A stretch of 61,851 nucleotides of DNA, counting the filler, from Squatina squatina (taxonomy: Eukaryota), in assembly GCA_031763465.1 (NCBI GenBank). It is 4 parts of 4 records of this genome, joined end to end, with 100 filler letters (N's around TTAATTAATTAA, not from the genome) between each part and the next. Parts side by side here need not be neighbours in the genome. Positions count along the whole stretch, not along the records: positions 14,974 to 35,844 come from JARFOE010000230.1; positions 35,945 to 48,616 come from JARFOE010000005.1; 2 more parts are not named here. One strand, 5' to 3'. Under the pieces are notes generated by a model. It did not search any database, was not told where the DNA came from, and saw only the letters and a program-made list of their open reading frames with translations. Below are positions 25,736 through 37,800 of the stretch, piece by piece. Positions within the stretch are counted from its first letter, which is position 1. Each line of letters starts with the position of its first letter. The translations under genes were made by a program, and so were the position numbers.

Positions 25736-27959
25736 ATCTTGTAGGCAGGTTGCAAAACACATAAAGCAAAGTGAAGGCATGTGCTTATTTATTTGACAGT
25801 CTACCTCAACCCATAATTAGGAGGTTGGATAGAGTTCATTGCCAGTAGTGCCACGAGGCAGTACCAGGCCTACTGTCATTTTCTAAATACTGTACATTGC
25901 AGACCCTGAGGGAAAATAACCAAGAGCTTCAATAGAAAGCTTAAGCCAACCCAGCCTTTCTTTATAAAGACTTTCTAAACCTTTGCGGTAAATTTTACAA
26001 AATAATCTACAGGCCTTTTAAACAACAGAGCCCACATAAAATCAGGTTAGATAAGATCATTCCAACATTCCTGCCAATATTCTACGGTAAAAATCAACTG
26101 CATTAAAATCAAATCCAATTTCCAGGTAATTTTAGACCAAGATTGCAGCCTGTGATTACTTAATGAAACCTACCTCCATCAACTACTAAGCTTTTAAATG
26201 GAAATAAAATATTGGACCAGTCACATACATGGAATATTAAAGTACTTTTTCAAAATTTCTTTGTACCTTAATTTCATGTTCTGCTATTAATGTTCTACTT
26301 CAGATTTTTTAATAAATATTGCACATGTATGTAGGTACTTGTGACTANNNNNNNNNNGACATTCATCTATGAAACACTTAATGTGTTTATCTGAGGCCTT
26401 TTTACTCAGCTATTTTGGTGGCAGCGTTTACGCGTTTCGTTTAAACAGGGTAACACCTTTGCAAAAATAGTGGAGAGAGGAATTTCAGAACACATTAACA
26501 TTTGTACAGTGTTATCCCATAGTGTATTTCAGGGTCAAAGTTTATAATTTGTGCCAAATATTTTGAACCAAGTCCGAAAAGCTTTCACTAAGAAGCATTT
26601 TACTGGCACCCATAATCCATTTTTTTGTTATAAAGCCCGGAGGTCAAATATTAGTCAGATTTCAAAGCTTACCATCTAAATAAACCATTCAGGGCGCAAG
26701 TCCCTGAGACATTGAAGGGTATGGCAGGCCTGCCAACCTCTGCACAGGTAGGTCTATGCCTGATGGACTTGCCCATTGGACACCGAGCCCTGATACTCAG
26801 CAACATGCAGGCTAATTAATGTAGCTCTCACTGCTAATGCTGGGAACGTGCATTCCCCAATTGTGGGGAAGCACAACCCATAAAATAACAAGTATATGGA
26901 TGAAACTTCTGTGAGACATATGCCGCTGAGAGCAAGAAATGTATGGCCTCCACTTGGAACTCAGAAGAAGTAAAGCAGTCTGGAGCTCTTTACGGAGTCC
27001 TCCCGAACACATCCAGTCCACCACCCCAGGAGGTCAGAATGGGACTGCAAACTAACNNNNNNNNNNNNNNNNNNNNNNNNNNNNNNNNNNNNNNNNNNNN
27101 NNNNNNNNNNNNNNNNNNNNNNNNNNNNNNNNNNNNNNNNNNNNNNNNNNNNNNNNATTGCAGGGCTTTAGGGGACAGCACCAAAACCGGAACTTTGCAC
27201 TCAACAATTCGATCATTAGCGCCAGTAACTCAGGGAGGTCTAATTGGGCGCCCCAAAGATATATTATATATAAAATTAACTGTGAACATAACTTTTTGAA
27301 AGATGTATGATAGTTACGTTATCAAACTGTTTCGATATCATTAAACACCCTTCACAAACAAGCACAATGTGGACAACTTCTATTTTGTTCCAAAGTTGTG
27401 TCTTTTTCCTGATATTATTATTTTGCATAAATCAGACATTAAGATTTAATTGCTGCAATAAAGCAAAACACCTGATTAAAAATCTCAGCTTTTTAGTGAG
27501 GCTTTTAAGTGAAAGCCTGCATTATCTCATGATACAGCTGGCAGCTCCATTGACAGAAGTCAGCCCTCAGCACATGCATTACACGAGATAATACTAGAGT
27601 CTCAGAGTTACACTAACATCAACACAAGACATTGCCAATGTAAGCTAAATCGTAACATAAGTAATGTACTGTCTCTCTGACCGTGTACAGACTAAGAAGA
27701 GCTTCAGAAATGAGGAAAAGGATGGCATTTCTGTCTTACATGTGCTAGAGGCTTGACTTGAACGCTAATAGTTGGACGANNNNNNNNNNNNNNNNNNNNN
27801 NNNNNNNNNNNNNNNNNNNNNNNNNNNNNNNNNNNNNNNNNNNNNNNNNNNNNNNNNNNNNNNNNNNNNNNNNNNNNNNTTCCTCTATCTGCTTTTTTAA
27901 CAGAGACATGTGCTGAAATTAGAAGATGAACTTGAGTTAAATATTCAGAGAATGAATGC

Positions 27960-28358
27960 TGCACTTATTTAGCAGCCTTCTTGTCCTCAGGACATCCCAA
28001 AATGCTTTATAGGCAATGACTTACTATTGTCTCGTCGGCATACATGGCAGCCAGTTGGCGCGCAGCAAGGTCTCACAAGGAGCAATGAGAAGGATGACCA
28101 GGTAATCTGTTTTGGCAGTCTAGATTGAGGGATGAATATTGCCCTGGACACCGGGAGAACCCCCTGCTCTTTTCCAAAAAATGCCAAGGGGTCTTTTACG
28201 TGCATCTGTTCAGGCAAATGGGCCCTCAGTTGAGCATCACAGTCAAAAGACAAAACTTCCAACAATTCAACAGCCCCTGAAGTGTCAGAATAGGTTGTGT
28301 GATTGAACCCGCAGCGTTCTGACTCAGCAGTGAGAGTGCGACCACTGAGCCAAGCTGA
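27960..28358 (-). mobile_element. Deu-domain tRNA-SINE (SacSINE1/AmnSINE1-related), near full length
   Basis: Deu core gggatgaatattgccctggacaccgggagaaccccctgctc...ggtcttttacgtgcatctg, tRNA-like head at 28300-28358 and an L2-type tail. Confidence 0.75.
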
Positions 28359-29507
28359 TTGTTACAGTAATGACACACAGAGTAATTTCTGGGCTGGGAG
28401 CTAAGCGACTCAAATTCTGATAAATATAGTTTCTTTAAAGCCTAGTTTGAACGCTGAACAAATCCTTCTGTGGCTCCATTTATTATTTATAAGATAAGAC
28501 CAAACTACCACTGTACAAAAAAAAACCAGATGGCTTTATTATAACAGATCATTCCTCTCGCAAACTTGTCAAGAAGGACAAAGTAGGCTTTGACCTAATC
28601 TTTTAATCAATCAAATTCCAGACTTGCGGATCAGTAAAATGGAGGTCAAACAGCTGCTGGGCAGCGAGATTTATTAGTGCGTGCCCTGCTGGTTCATTGA
28701 TCTCCATCATACGGAATGTGTTACAAGACTCAAAATTCCTTTCTGCGTCAGCTTACAAGAAACAGTTTCAACGAGATCATGAGGTCTATTAAAAATGGAC
28801 GTACAGAATGAATGCACGGCATTTGTTTGTGGTTTTTATGTAACTACAGGTTTGGAAAATTATGGAGCTAGAACCCCTGAGGGTACTGAAATGTTAGAAC
28901 AGGCTACTTGAAACCGCAGCCATACGCCGACCAGATTCCTGGAGCTTGCCGCTTTTGTCTGNNNNNNNNNNNNNNNNNNNNNNNNNNNNNNNNNNNNNNN
29001 NNNNNNNNNNNNNNNNNNNNNNNNNNNNNNNNNNNNNNNNNNNNNNNNNNNNNNNNNNNNNAGCAGTTAAGCCAACTGAGGTATTTGCATGCTGAAGCTG
29101 AGCACGAATAGCTCTGTTAAGTATGGGCCCCTTAACGTTTAAGTTTGCACGTGTTTGAACGCTCAAATTGTAAAGTGGCTAATTGAGGGCATCACTGAAA
29201 AATTTCAAAGAATCCCATTTCCAGCGCCAAATTCGGTGCTTAGCGCTAGAAACGCTAAAATCGCGAATTGGCCACCCTATATGTCTTACCAGCGACACCC
29301 ACATCTAGAGAATGAATTAAAAAATCAGCTCCACTCTTGATATATATATTTGCCGAGAAATTGCTGTTTGAAATACGAGCTCATGAACCCTTAATAAAGA
29401 AATAAAATAAACAGTTCATCACCACACTTAAAATGGTGGAAAAGCAATGAACACTCATAATGTGCACATAAACGTCCAGGCTCCTATTGCAGAAATGTTG
29501 TTTGTAC

Positions 29508-29646
29508 CTGAAAAGAGCTGATTGCTAACTGAAGAAAGAGTCGGATGTGTCGCAGCAAACCCTGAACTTGTTCGTCTGTCAGGAAGATGAATACAAACTC
29601 GTGGATCCCAAGCAATGGTATCAGCACCAAAGTCGATCGGGCCAAT
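29508..29646 (-). CDS. GLP2R: GLP2R exon (TM6-ECL3-TM7)
   Basis: ttttag|A TTG GCC...TTT CAG|gtacaa, 139 bp. Encodes [46 protein letters not shown]. Confidence 0.93.
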
Positions 29647-32600
29647 CTAAAATATTGGAAAAAAGAATAGAGATGGTCTTGGTTTGGGGGAATTTTTGGG
29701 AAGGCCTCAATTCTGCTGGAGCAGCACATTCTGAAGATCTGTGTTGGACAACTGCCATGTTAGCTGTTGGGGAAAATGCATCACTTGAGTCACTGTCCAC
29801 TTCTATTTCCAGAGCTGATAAAATGCTATCCCAAGATTCCCCTACTAGTTTCTACATTGATAATGAATAGCATGGCCTTGAGAACATTTCTTTCCCTTTT
29901 CTCCTGAAGAGGTTGACTCATTCTTGGTGCATGGTTCCATGTTGGTGTAGCTGGTTGGCACCTCACATGAGTGGACAACCTTCGCGTATGAACTTGGGTG
30001 GTGAGGTCGGCTGCGAGGGGCATTACGCCAAAGCCTGAAAATGGAGTCCTCGTTTGTGTTTCCCCACTTGTGGCACTGAAAAGTGATAAGAACAGGAAGC
30101 CTGGCTGAATTTGCCCTTCCCAAGCTCTGTAGTGGCCACATCCTGGAGTGGGACTTGAACCCAGCATCCTCTGACTGCTAGCAAATGAGTTCAGCTGACA
30201 CTAAGGCTATACAAGGTTAAAAAGTTGGAAAACACACAAACACTGGCTCTTGGAGCCTTGATATATAATGCAATCCTGACTTTGGTGTTTTTCCAGTATC
30301 TGGCACTGATCTCATCAAAACATCCCCAAACTCATTCTGTCTCTAATATATTCGTATAAGGAGACAACATTGCTAAGAATGAATCAATCACATCAGTATA
30401 TACAGCGCAGGANNNNNNNNNNNNNNNNNNNNNNNNNNNNNNNNNNNNNNNNNNNNNNNNNNNNNNNNNNNNNNNNNNNNNNNNNNNNNNNNNNNNNNNN
30501 NNNNNNNNNNNNGGACAGCCAAGACGATCAGCTTATGAAGATAAATTCCTTCCACCAAAAGCCAGAAGAAGTTGGCTCCAACAAAGTAGTGCATGAAGAC
30601 CTGGGCCACCTTACATCCATTTGAAATCTGCAAGAGAGAAAGTACAGGCTTCACCCGTAACGGTTTCAAACAGACTTTAAAACAGGCAGCAAAAAATTCA
30701 GGTGGTCCTTAGTGAGGGCACTGCCAGTATAGTAGCTAGCTCCTGAGTGGACTAATTTTCCAGACACTCAGTCATAGTGCTGCCATGTTGACATGGAGCT
30801 CACACAGTGCAGCAGAACTNNNNNNNNNNAATACATTTTTTTTTAAGAAGCCTGGGTGAAGGGTCAAGGCCCAGAATGAAAGTTTGGAAAGAAGAGATAA
30901 TTGGTTAGGTGACTCCAGGCGTAGGAGACAGATTATAGAATTCTATTCCTAAATGTAACAAGCCTATTGCAGGACTCTTTACCATAACGTTGCTTTCTTA
31001 TTGAATGCCTTTTTAATAAATGCATTAGTGAAGAATAGAATGTTTCTTTAAATAAATAGCTTTAAAACACTGGGAGCTTTTTAGTCTGTGTGGCTCAGTG
31101 TCAGAGCAGGCACTGCGATTGCATCCTTTTTATAATATAAGGCAAGACCATACAGACAATCTATTGTGCTCTGAAGAGATGCTTGAATAGTTTATTGCTG
31201 GAGAGGGGGGCAGCAGTTGTTATATTTGTAGATTTGTGCCACCAGATAGCTTTGTGGTGGGAGAATGGAATCATCTGTATGACCGGCTGCTGTATCAATA
31301 TCTATAGTGAATTAAATGTCAGTCTTTGGCTATAGACTCATCCTTTTAAAAACCACCATTTCACTTCAGATACGGAACAATCGTAAGAGAGACAACAGTA
31401 CAAACAGAAAGAGAGAAGGAGAGATAGAGAGACGCAGCGATGAGGAGATGGTCACTGACAGAACAAAAGAGAGATGGACAGATATGACGGTGATTTTATT
31501 GCTCCAGGATGTTTTAAAACTCTGTCCCAGAAGACACAGGTAATCAAGCAGACATCTGCCACCTACCTCACTGTCGAAAAATGTCTTCCATCCCATTTCA
31601 TCATCTGGATGTTTTGAATAAGTGTTATTCAGAAAAATATCTTTTATGAGGATTGCCAGTGCTCTCAGAATAAAGGAAGCAAATAAATTCATATGGATGT
31701 AATTTCGAGTACAATGCAGTTTCCTACCATCAAAGGGAAAAGAAAACCAGATTATCCAGTTATCAGAGCTCTCTTTGGGTTAACTCTAAACTGGATAAAA
31801 ATGTAGCTTCCATACAGACGCATGAAACAAGCATTCCTTTCAAAGTTTCTCCAATGCACTTGCTCCAATACTTTCCTACGTGCTGTACATTTAATAGGTT
31901 CATCAACATAGACATACAGAGGAAATCATTGACCTTGGCTGCCAATTTACACAATACTAATGGCATTTTCTAGAGCCTCTGTACAGTCTGAACAGCTGTA
32001 ATAAGGACATATTTGAGCTCATCTCACTTTCCTCATATACATGTTTAACTTGGAGGCAAAGTGCACAATATGGAACACAATTCTATTTCAGCAGTGTGAA
32101 CAGGAGGAATCATAGCAAGGTCTAAATGGGGAGTGGTTTTTAGAACGCAGCCAACATTGATTCATATATCAAATTCTTGCTTGTCTGACAAGGCAGGAAG
32201 TATTGCTTGATCTAGTCCAGAGAAATGAAATGGGACAAATAACTGTTGAGAGATTAGGAGAATAATTTGGAACAATTGCCAACCACAATATAGTTAGGTT
32301 GAATGTAAAAACAGGAAAGGATAATGAAGAATGAAAGATAAGTGGGGGGGGGGGGGGCGAAGGTGTGTTTTTTTTTTAACCGTTACCCCCTCTGAACGGT
32401 TTGGAGGTGCCAGGCCCTTTGTGTCGTGCCCTGCGATTAGCGCCCTGGGTCGGCGCGCGATATCATCACCTGCATGCCGACCCCTCAGTGCCCCCTGGTG
32501 ATCCCTTTGCGCTCCGCAGGGGAAATTGGCCTGCGGGACCCGAGGTCAGCGGCCGGCGATGGCCCCAATAGCTTCGCGGGGTGCGACGCTGTCGATGCCG

Positions 32601-33387
32601 CCGGCCCTNNNNNNNNNNNNNNNNNNNNNNNNNNNNNNNNNNNNNNNNNNNNNNNNNNNNNNNNNNNNNNNNNNNNNNNNNNNNNNNNNNNNNNNNNNNN
32701 NNNNNNNNCAGGTGTGGCCTTACCAAGGCCCTGTACAACTGCAGTAGGACCTCCCTGCTCCTATACTCAAATCCTCTCGCTATGACGCACCATGCTACCA
32801 GACACTTGTACCATCAAAATGTTTGAACAAATTTGTACTATGGAGAAGCACATGGCACACATCCAAAATAACCACAACATGACCCATTTGAACTGGTTTT
32901 GATCTTTCTGGGCCAGATAAGGTACCATACAGAAGAGGAAGGTATTCCATTTTTTTTGATGGTGGGGCAGGTGTAGCATTGTCTCCTCTTCCCTGTTGGA
33001 TCTTTGCTTCCTACTGGTTAACAGTGGTAATTGAGAAGCCCAATGCTAAGATCATGCCACCCCCTTAACTGGAGGAGCATGCAGTGTCCCAGGAGACAAT
33101 AGTGAACGCAACGTGAAACAAAAAAAAAACATGCTTGGAGAATTTGCACAGATTCGCGTTCTGGTTCCAATGTTAAAATAACAGAGAGACGGTCACCTCA
33201 ACAGAAGCTTCCTCCAACAGGGCAAAGGGTTAGAATGTTTAAACAGAATACTTTTCCTATAAATAAATCGTACTATCAAGTTAGGTTGCTCACCAGTTTT
33301 AGCACTGGCCTTGGTTCGGTTTTGCAAACATTGATCTTTATACAAGGACCAGTTGCTGATCGTGTCCTCCAGCATCGAGCCACTGAC
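29508..33387 (-). CDS. GLP2R: Partial gene: glucagon-like peptide 2 receptor (class B1 GPCR); exons ~2, 6, 7 (partial) and 11 visible
   Basis: Exon peptides carry GLP2R-diagnostic segments ([35 protein letters not shown]). Order and splice phases fit the glucagon-receptor-family gene structure. Confidence 0.88.
30513..30627 (-). CDS. GLP2R: GLP2R exon (TM3), 3' part lost in gap
   Basis: ttgcag|ATT TCA AAT... Encodes [38 protein letters not shown], including the class B 'WLLVEG.YLH' motif. Confidence 0.93.
31567..31723 (-). CDS. GLP2R: GLP2R exon (ICL1-TM2-ECL1)
   Basis: ggtag|G AAA CTG CAT...AGT GAG|gtaggt, 157 bp. Encodes [52 protein letters not shown]. Confidence 0.95.
32709..32785 (-). 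mobile_element. CR1 LINE ORF2 C-terminal fragment
   Basis: [25 protein letters not shown]. Confidence 0.88.
33294..33387 (-). CDS. GLP2R: GLP2R exon (N-terminal extracellular domain helix)
   Basis: ctgcag|GTC AGT GGC...AAA ACT G|gtgagc, 94 bp. Encodes [31 protein letters not shown](G) versus human VTGSLLEETTRKWAQYKQACLRDLLKEPSG. Confidence 0.88.
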
Positions 33388-35249
33388 CTGCAGAATAAAC
33401 AGGATGGAACATGTCAACAAGCCCCTGTAAGAAACTTAAAAAAGCAAAATTATTTACAGATTACCAGAGGGGAAGATCACTGCTCTGAGCTTGTTTTGTG
33501 TGGAAAGCAATACAGTCAATTCCAACTGAAGTGAATACCCAAACATTATTGCTTGATTTATCTCCCCTTCTAGANNNNNNNNNNNNNNNNNNNNNNNNNN
33601 NNNNNNNNNNNNNNNNNNNNNNNNNNNNNNNNNNNNNNNNNNNNNNNNNNNNNNNNNNNNNNNNNNNNNNNNNNCCATTGGTATGTGAATAAAAGACACG
33701 TCACAATGTGCACTAGACACGTGAAGCTGGAGATTCGGAGAAGACTTTATGCATGAGGATTTAACAGAATGTGAAGTACGATGCTCCAAGTGTTGAGAGA
33801 TGCTAAAGTGATTACAGTGTTTAAAAACGCACTGAATAATTGTGAAAAGGTAGCAGGAGAACAGGGGAAAATTGGCATGTTCAGAATCAGCCTCTAGGAG
33901 TCAAGGAGGGCCAAATGACCACCTCCGGTGCTACAATTTCCACTTCTAAGTAATATATAAAGACTGTTTAGAGTTTACCTTTCTAATACAATCAATGATT
34001 CTCTTACTTTTAATTTACAGTTCAGATTTAGTTAAGAATGGAAAATAAACTGACCCTCACAGAATCAACATCCTGGCTGCTATTAAGGTTACTGTTAGAT
34101 TTTTGTCTACTAATTGTATAAACATAAAGATGAACTCCCTAGCTCAAGTTGTAATATACGAGATTTCATTTCTGGAGTCATGTGTATCTCGAAGCATATT
34201 TCCGGCTGCACTACTTAGTGTCCCATTTAAATGAGTTTGTTGACTCTTTTATTAAGTGGGCACATTCCAGAGTTCAAAAAAGCAGAGTGAAATCTCTTAC
34301 ATTTTCCTCCAGCACCATCGCTTTGCACGTATGCAGCACCCTGAACATAGAAAATTTCCCAACATGGTTTACAAGAGGTGGGAGGGGCGGGGGGAGGCGG
34401 TGGGGAGCGGAAACAAAATAAAAACAGAATGAAGGAGTGCTCAGCGAATAACAGAGATGTTCGAAAACTTGGTGAGAAAGAGGGGATGACAGGAAAAAAT
34501 ACCAATCTCATAGTATGCAGTTTTTTTCTTGGCAACCTGCAGCAGACCACCACGCAAATGGCGCTGGGTCACTTACCACCCTGTTTTCACTGGTGCTCTG
34601 GCTACGAACCCTAACCTAGGCCTGCCTTGGGCCAGCTGCTTTTTAATACTTGCACGTTGGCGCACAAGATAATTCTAGGCTAATAAAGTGAGATTAAAAA
34701 GATAACAGCAGATAGGAGGAATATTCAAGGAATGGGGTGACAGACAATTCCTGCGATAGCAGGAGATTTGTATTATGGTTTTATTGCTCAGACTAATGAG
34801 AGATTACATACAAGGATAATGTCAATGCACAACTAGTAATCAACAGATAGAACAAATAGCCATAAAGGACTCTAGTTACTGGCAGGTTGACAACACAACA
34901 GATATTACTCATGCAAGCTTCTGAACACTGAGTTTCCTTTCCCATAAGCACTATTCCCATAATTAGCGTCTTTTAAAGTGCACAATGAATCGAGAAAGAT
35001 CCAGGGAGTAAGCTGTTTCAGACACTTTGCTCCTAACTTTGGCCTAGTTTTATGTCTCTCTCCTTACTGAGCTACGATGGTGGAGCAGCAGAGGGAGTAG
35101 GGTGCAAAAGTGGCTCAAGAGCTGAGGAGCAGAGGATATGGTCCGGGAAATATTGTTGGAGGAGATCACTCCGGGAGGGAGGGGTGTGGCCACAGAGTAA
35201 TTGGAGGATGTGGGTATTGAAGATAATTTACTGATGCACTGGGGGCAAA

Positions 35250-35844
35250 TAGAGTTCAGCAAGGGCAGGTTAGACGGGCTGGTAAAATCTTCAGGAGAGA
35301 TCACAGGCAATAAAGTTTTAGACTAGCTGGCATTGTGAAAGATGGAGGTGCAGTGAGCAGCAAGGGGAGCATTCCAGAAGTCGCTCTTCAAAATAATGTG
35401 ATCAGATTAGGATTTCAGTAGTGAAGGGCGAGAGATAAGAGGGGGTAAGCAGGAAGTATTAAAGCATTACTTGCAATTATATTTAACGGTTTCATTGAGC
35501 TTGAAGAAATTTTGACTTATCCAGGTTTGATAACGGACATGTCAGATTGTGGAGCCAATAGTCATGGCAAAGAGTTAGCGTTGGTGTCAATAGCAGGCAT
35601 GCGGAGGCTGTCTCTTCGTTTGTGATGATATCACCGAGAGGTAGCATGTAAAATAATGAAAAAAGAGCAAAGCCAAGGATGGAGCTTTGGGCCACACTGG
35701 AGGCGGCCTTGCAGGCTAAGAAGGAGAAACCACTGAGGAGATATAGTGGCCATGTTGAAGTAGATAGGAGTGGAACTATGAGGGAATGGTGCCATGAAGA
35801 TGGATCACAGTAAAAGATGGTGGAGAAGAATAAACTGGTCAACA
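35250..35844 (-). mobile_element. L2 LINE reverse transcriptase fragment, degenerate
   Basis: [24 protein letters not shown] resembles the L2 RT motif '[23 protein letters not shown]'. Confidence 0.7.
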
Positions 35845-35944
35845 NNNNNNNNNNNNNNNNNNNNNNNNNNNNNNNNNNNNNNNNNNNNTTAATTAATTAA
35901 NNNNNNNNNNNNNNNNNNNNNNNNNNNNNNNNNNNNNNNNNNNN
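35845..35944. other. Assembly gap with TTAATTAATTAA linker (35889-35900)
   Basis: 44 N + 12-mer + 44 N. Confidence 0.95.
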
Positions 35945-36839
35945 ACTACAAAGCAAACCTTGTACAAGCAGACAGCAACCACTCTCCTCCCCGAAAACAA
36001 TAACTTATCTTCTCAAGTTATTCCCTGACATCAATGACACTGAATTTAGACAGTGTCTGTTAACGGAGCAGTATTTTTGTAAATATCATCCCTCTCGAGG
36101 GACGATTACCTGTGACATGGTTCTGAGTGTGTGCGTGTCTTTTATTAAAATGAATTGACTTCAGGGATGGGAACTTTATCTAAGTGGCGCTGAGAGGCTG
36201 GAGTGTTGGCTGTGCTTCGTAGGGCAAAAGGCGCTTGCGCTATCTAAAGAAGCTGATGTTCTTATTTCATGGTCAGGACTCCCACCAAGATGTTATTCTG
36301 ACCTCAGAGCAAAAGGGACACAAAATAATGTTATTTTTATCCAACCAGTTTATTCCAGCAGACCCTCGCAAGGATTTATTTTGCCAAGCATGGCGTCAAT
36401 CTGTATCTGTGAAGGTCAGATCAAGAAATCGGACAGATAATGTCTTGTATTTGTAAATATAAAGTAACAATGAGCTGTTTGAGAAACAATTCCAGCTGGG
36501 TGCTGTTGCAAGTCACTTCAGTTCTGCTAGAGGTTTTTGAGTGCATGAACTTTTAAGTAATTAAATTCCATCATCCTTTCTGCATTTGTTGTGGCTGGAC
36601 CATACATGGCTATCAATTAAGTACACTGTTGTTTGTTAAATTAGTACTGGAGGTTTCTCAATCCATCCAATGAAAGGTAAAATGCAATAAAACAANNNNN
36701 NNNNNNNNNNNNNNNNNNNNNNNNNNNNNNNNNNNNNNNNNNNNNNNNNNNNNNNNNNNNNNNNNNNNNNNNNNNNNNNNNNNNNNNNNNNNNNNAGCTG
36801 CTTTCCTCATAGATACTGCTTTGTCAGTGGTTATTAAGG

Positions 36840-37140
36840 TCACAATGGTAGTGTAATGATTATGGCACTGGACTGGTAATCCACAGGTCATGAGTTAAAA
36901 TCCCAAGTTGTGAAATGGAATTTTAAAAACTGGTAATTTGTGGGCTAGCCCCAGAATAACAATGGCCATAATAGTTGCCAGATTGTTGTAAAACGCCCAA
37001 ATTTCCTTTAGGGAAATGGAGTTGCCCCGTATAAGGTCTGGCCTACATATGACTCCCGCCCCACACTACATGGTTGACTCTTAATACCCTGAGGTTAATT
37101 AGAAATAAGCAATAAATATTGCTTTGCCAGTGTTGTCTAC
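36840..37140 (+). mobile_element. tRNA-derived SINE; tail shared with 17550-17615 and 57120-57270
   Basis: tRNA-like head (ggtagtgtaatgatt...ggactggtaatcc...gagttaaaatccc). Tail gcaataaat..tgc.ttgccag recurs in the window. Confidence 0.65.
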
Positions 37141-37150
37141 ATTTAAAAAA

Positions 37151-37800
37151 AATTTCTATGCCATGGGGCAATTCCAGGTTGCCACTGGAGACATCTGTAA
37201 CAGAATCTAGAAAGCTATGGACATACACATCAAGCAAGTTATAGATGCAGTAGTTTCATTGGATTCCTCATGCAATAACCAGCGGTAACATGTCAGTGCA
37301 CTGCAATATTACCAAATAACAGGATTTCCCAAGATCCAGAGAATCATAGATTGCACCCACGTGATCATATTACAACCTGGATCAATGTACGTCAACTGGT
37401 AAAGGCATCAGCTTCTGAATGTACAGCTTGTTGGTGACCAGCAGCATATCATCATACAAGTAAATGCTCACGTGCCAAGGAGCTGCCACAGTGCTTTATT
37501 TTAAGGAACTTCATCATGCCAACATTCTTTACCACAAAATGGCAGATCTTGTGGGTGGATTCTTGGAAATCAAGGCTGCTCTCCACAACCTCTGTGTTTT
37601 CCCATCACCACAGCTGAGCACACTTATAACAAAGTCCATTCTGCCACCTGATCATAAAGCTGTAGGAATTCTGAAAGCACATGTCAAGTGCCTCGGTTGG
37701 TCTCACCCTTCTCTTTTCAGAGAAAAAATCCACAGCCTGGTGAGTCTTTTGAATTGTGCTGCGTCCTTACACGGCCTCTATCTTCGAGTCCAACAACCCC
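37151..37800 (+). mobile_element. Degenerate PIF/Harbinger (HARBI1-like) DDE transposase
   Basis: Colinear motifs NFYAMGQFQVATGDIC; YQITGFPKIQRIIDCTHV; YVNW*RHQLLNVQLVGD..IIIQVNAHVPRSCH; GWILGNQG; AEHTYNKVHSAT; VGILKAHVKCL. Stops and frameshifts are present. Confidence 0.85.

Noticed and set aside
36105-36125. ATG TCA CAG|gtaatc as GLP2R exon 1
   Set aside because: Would give no signal peptide and lies beyond a linker-marked join. Exon 1 cannot be placed.
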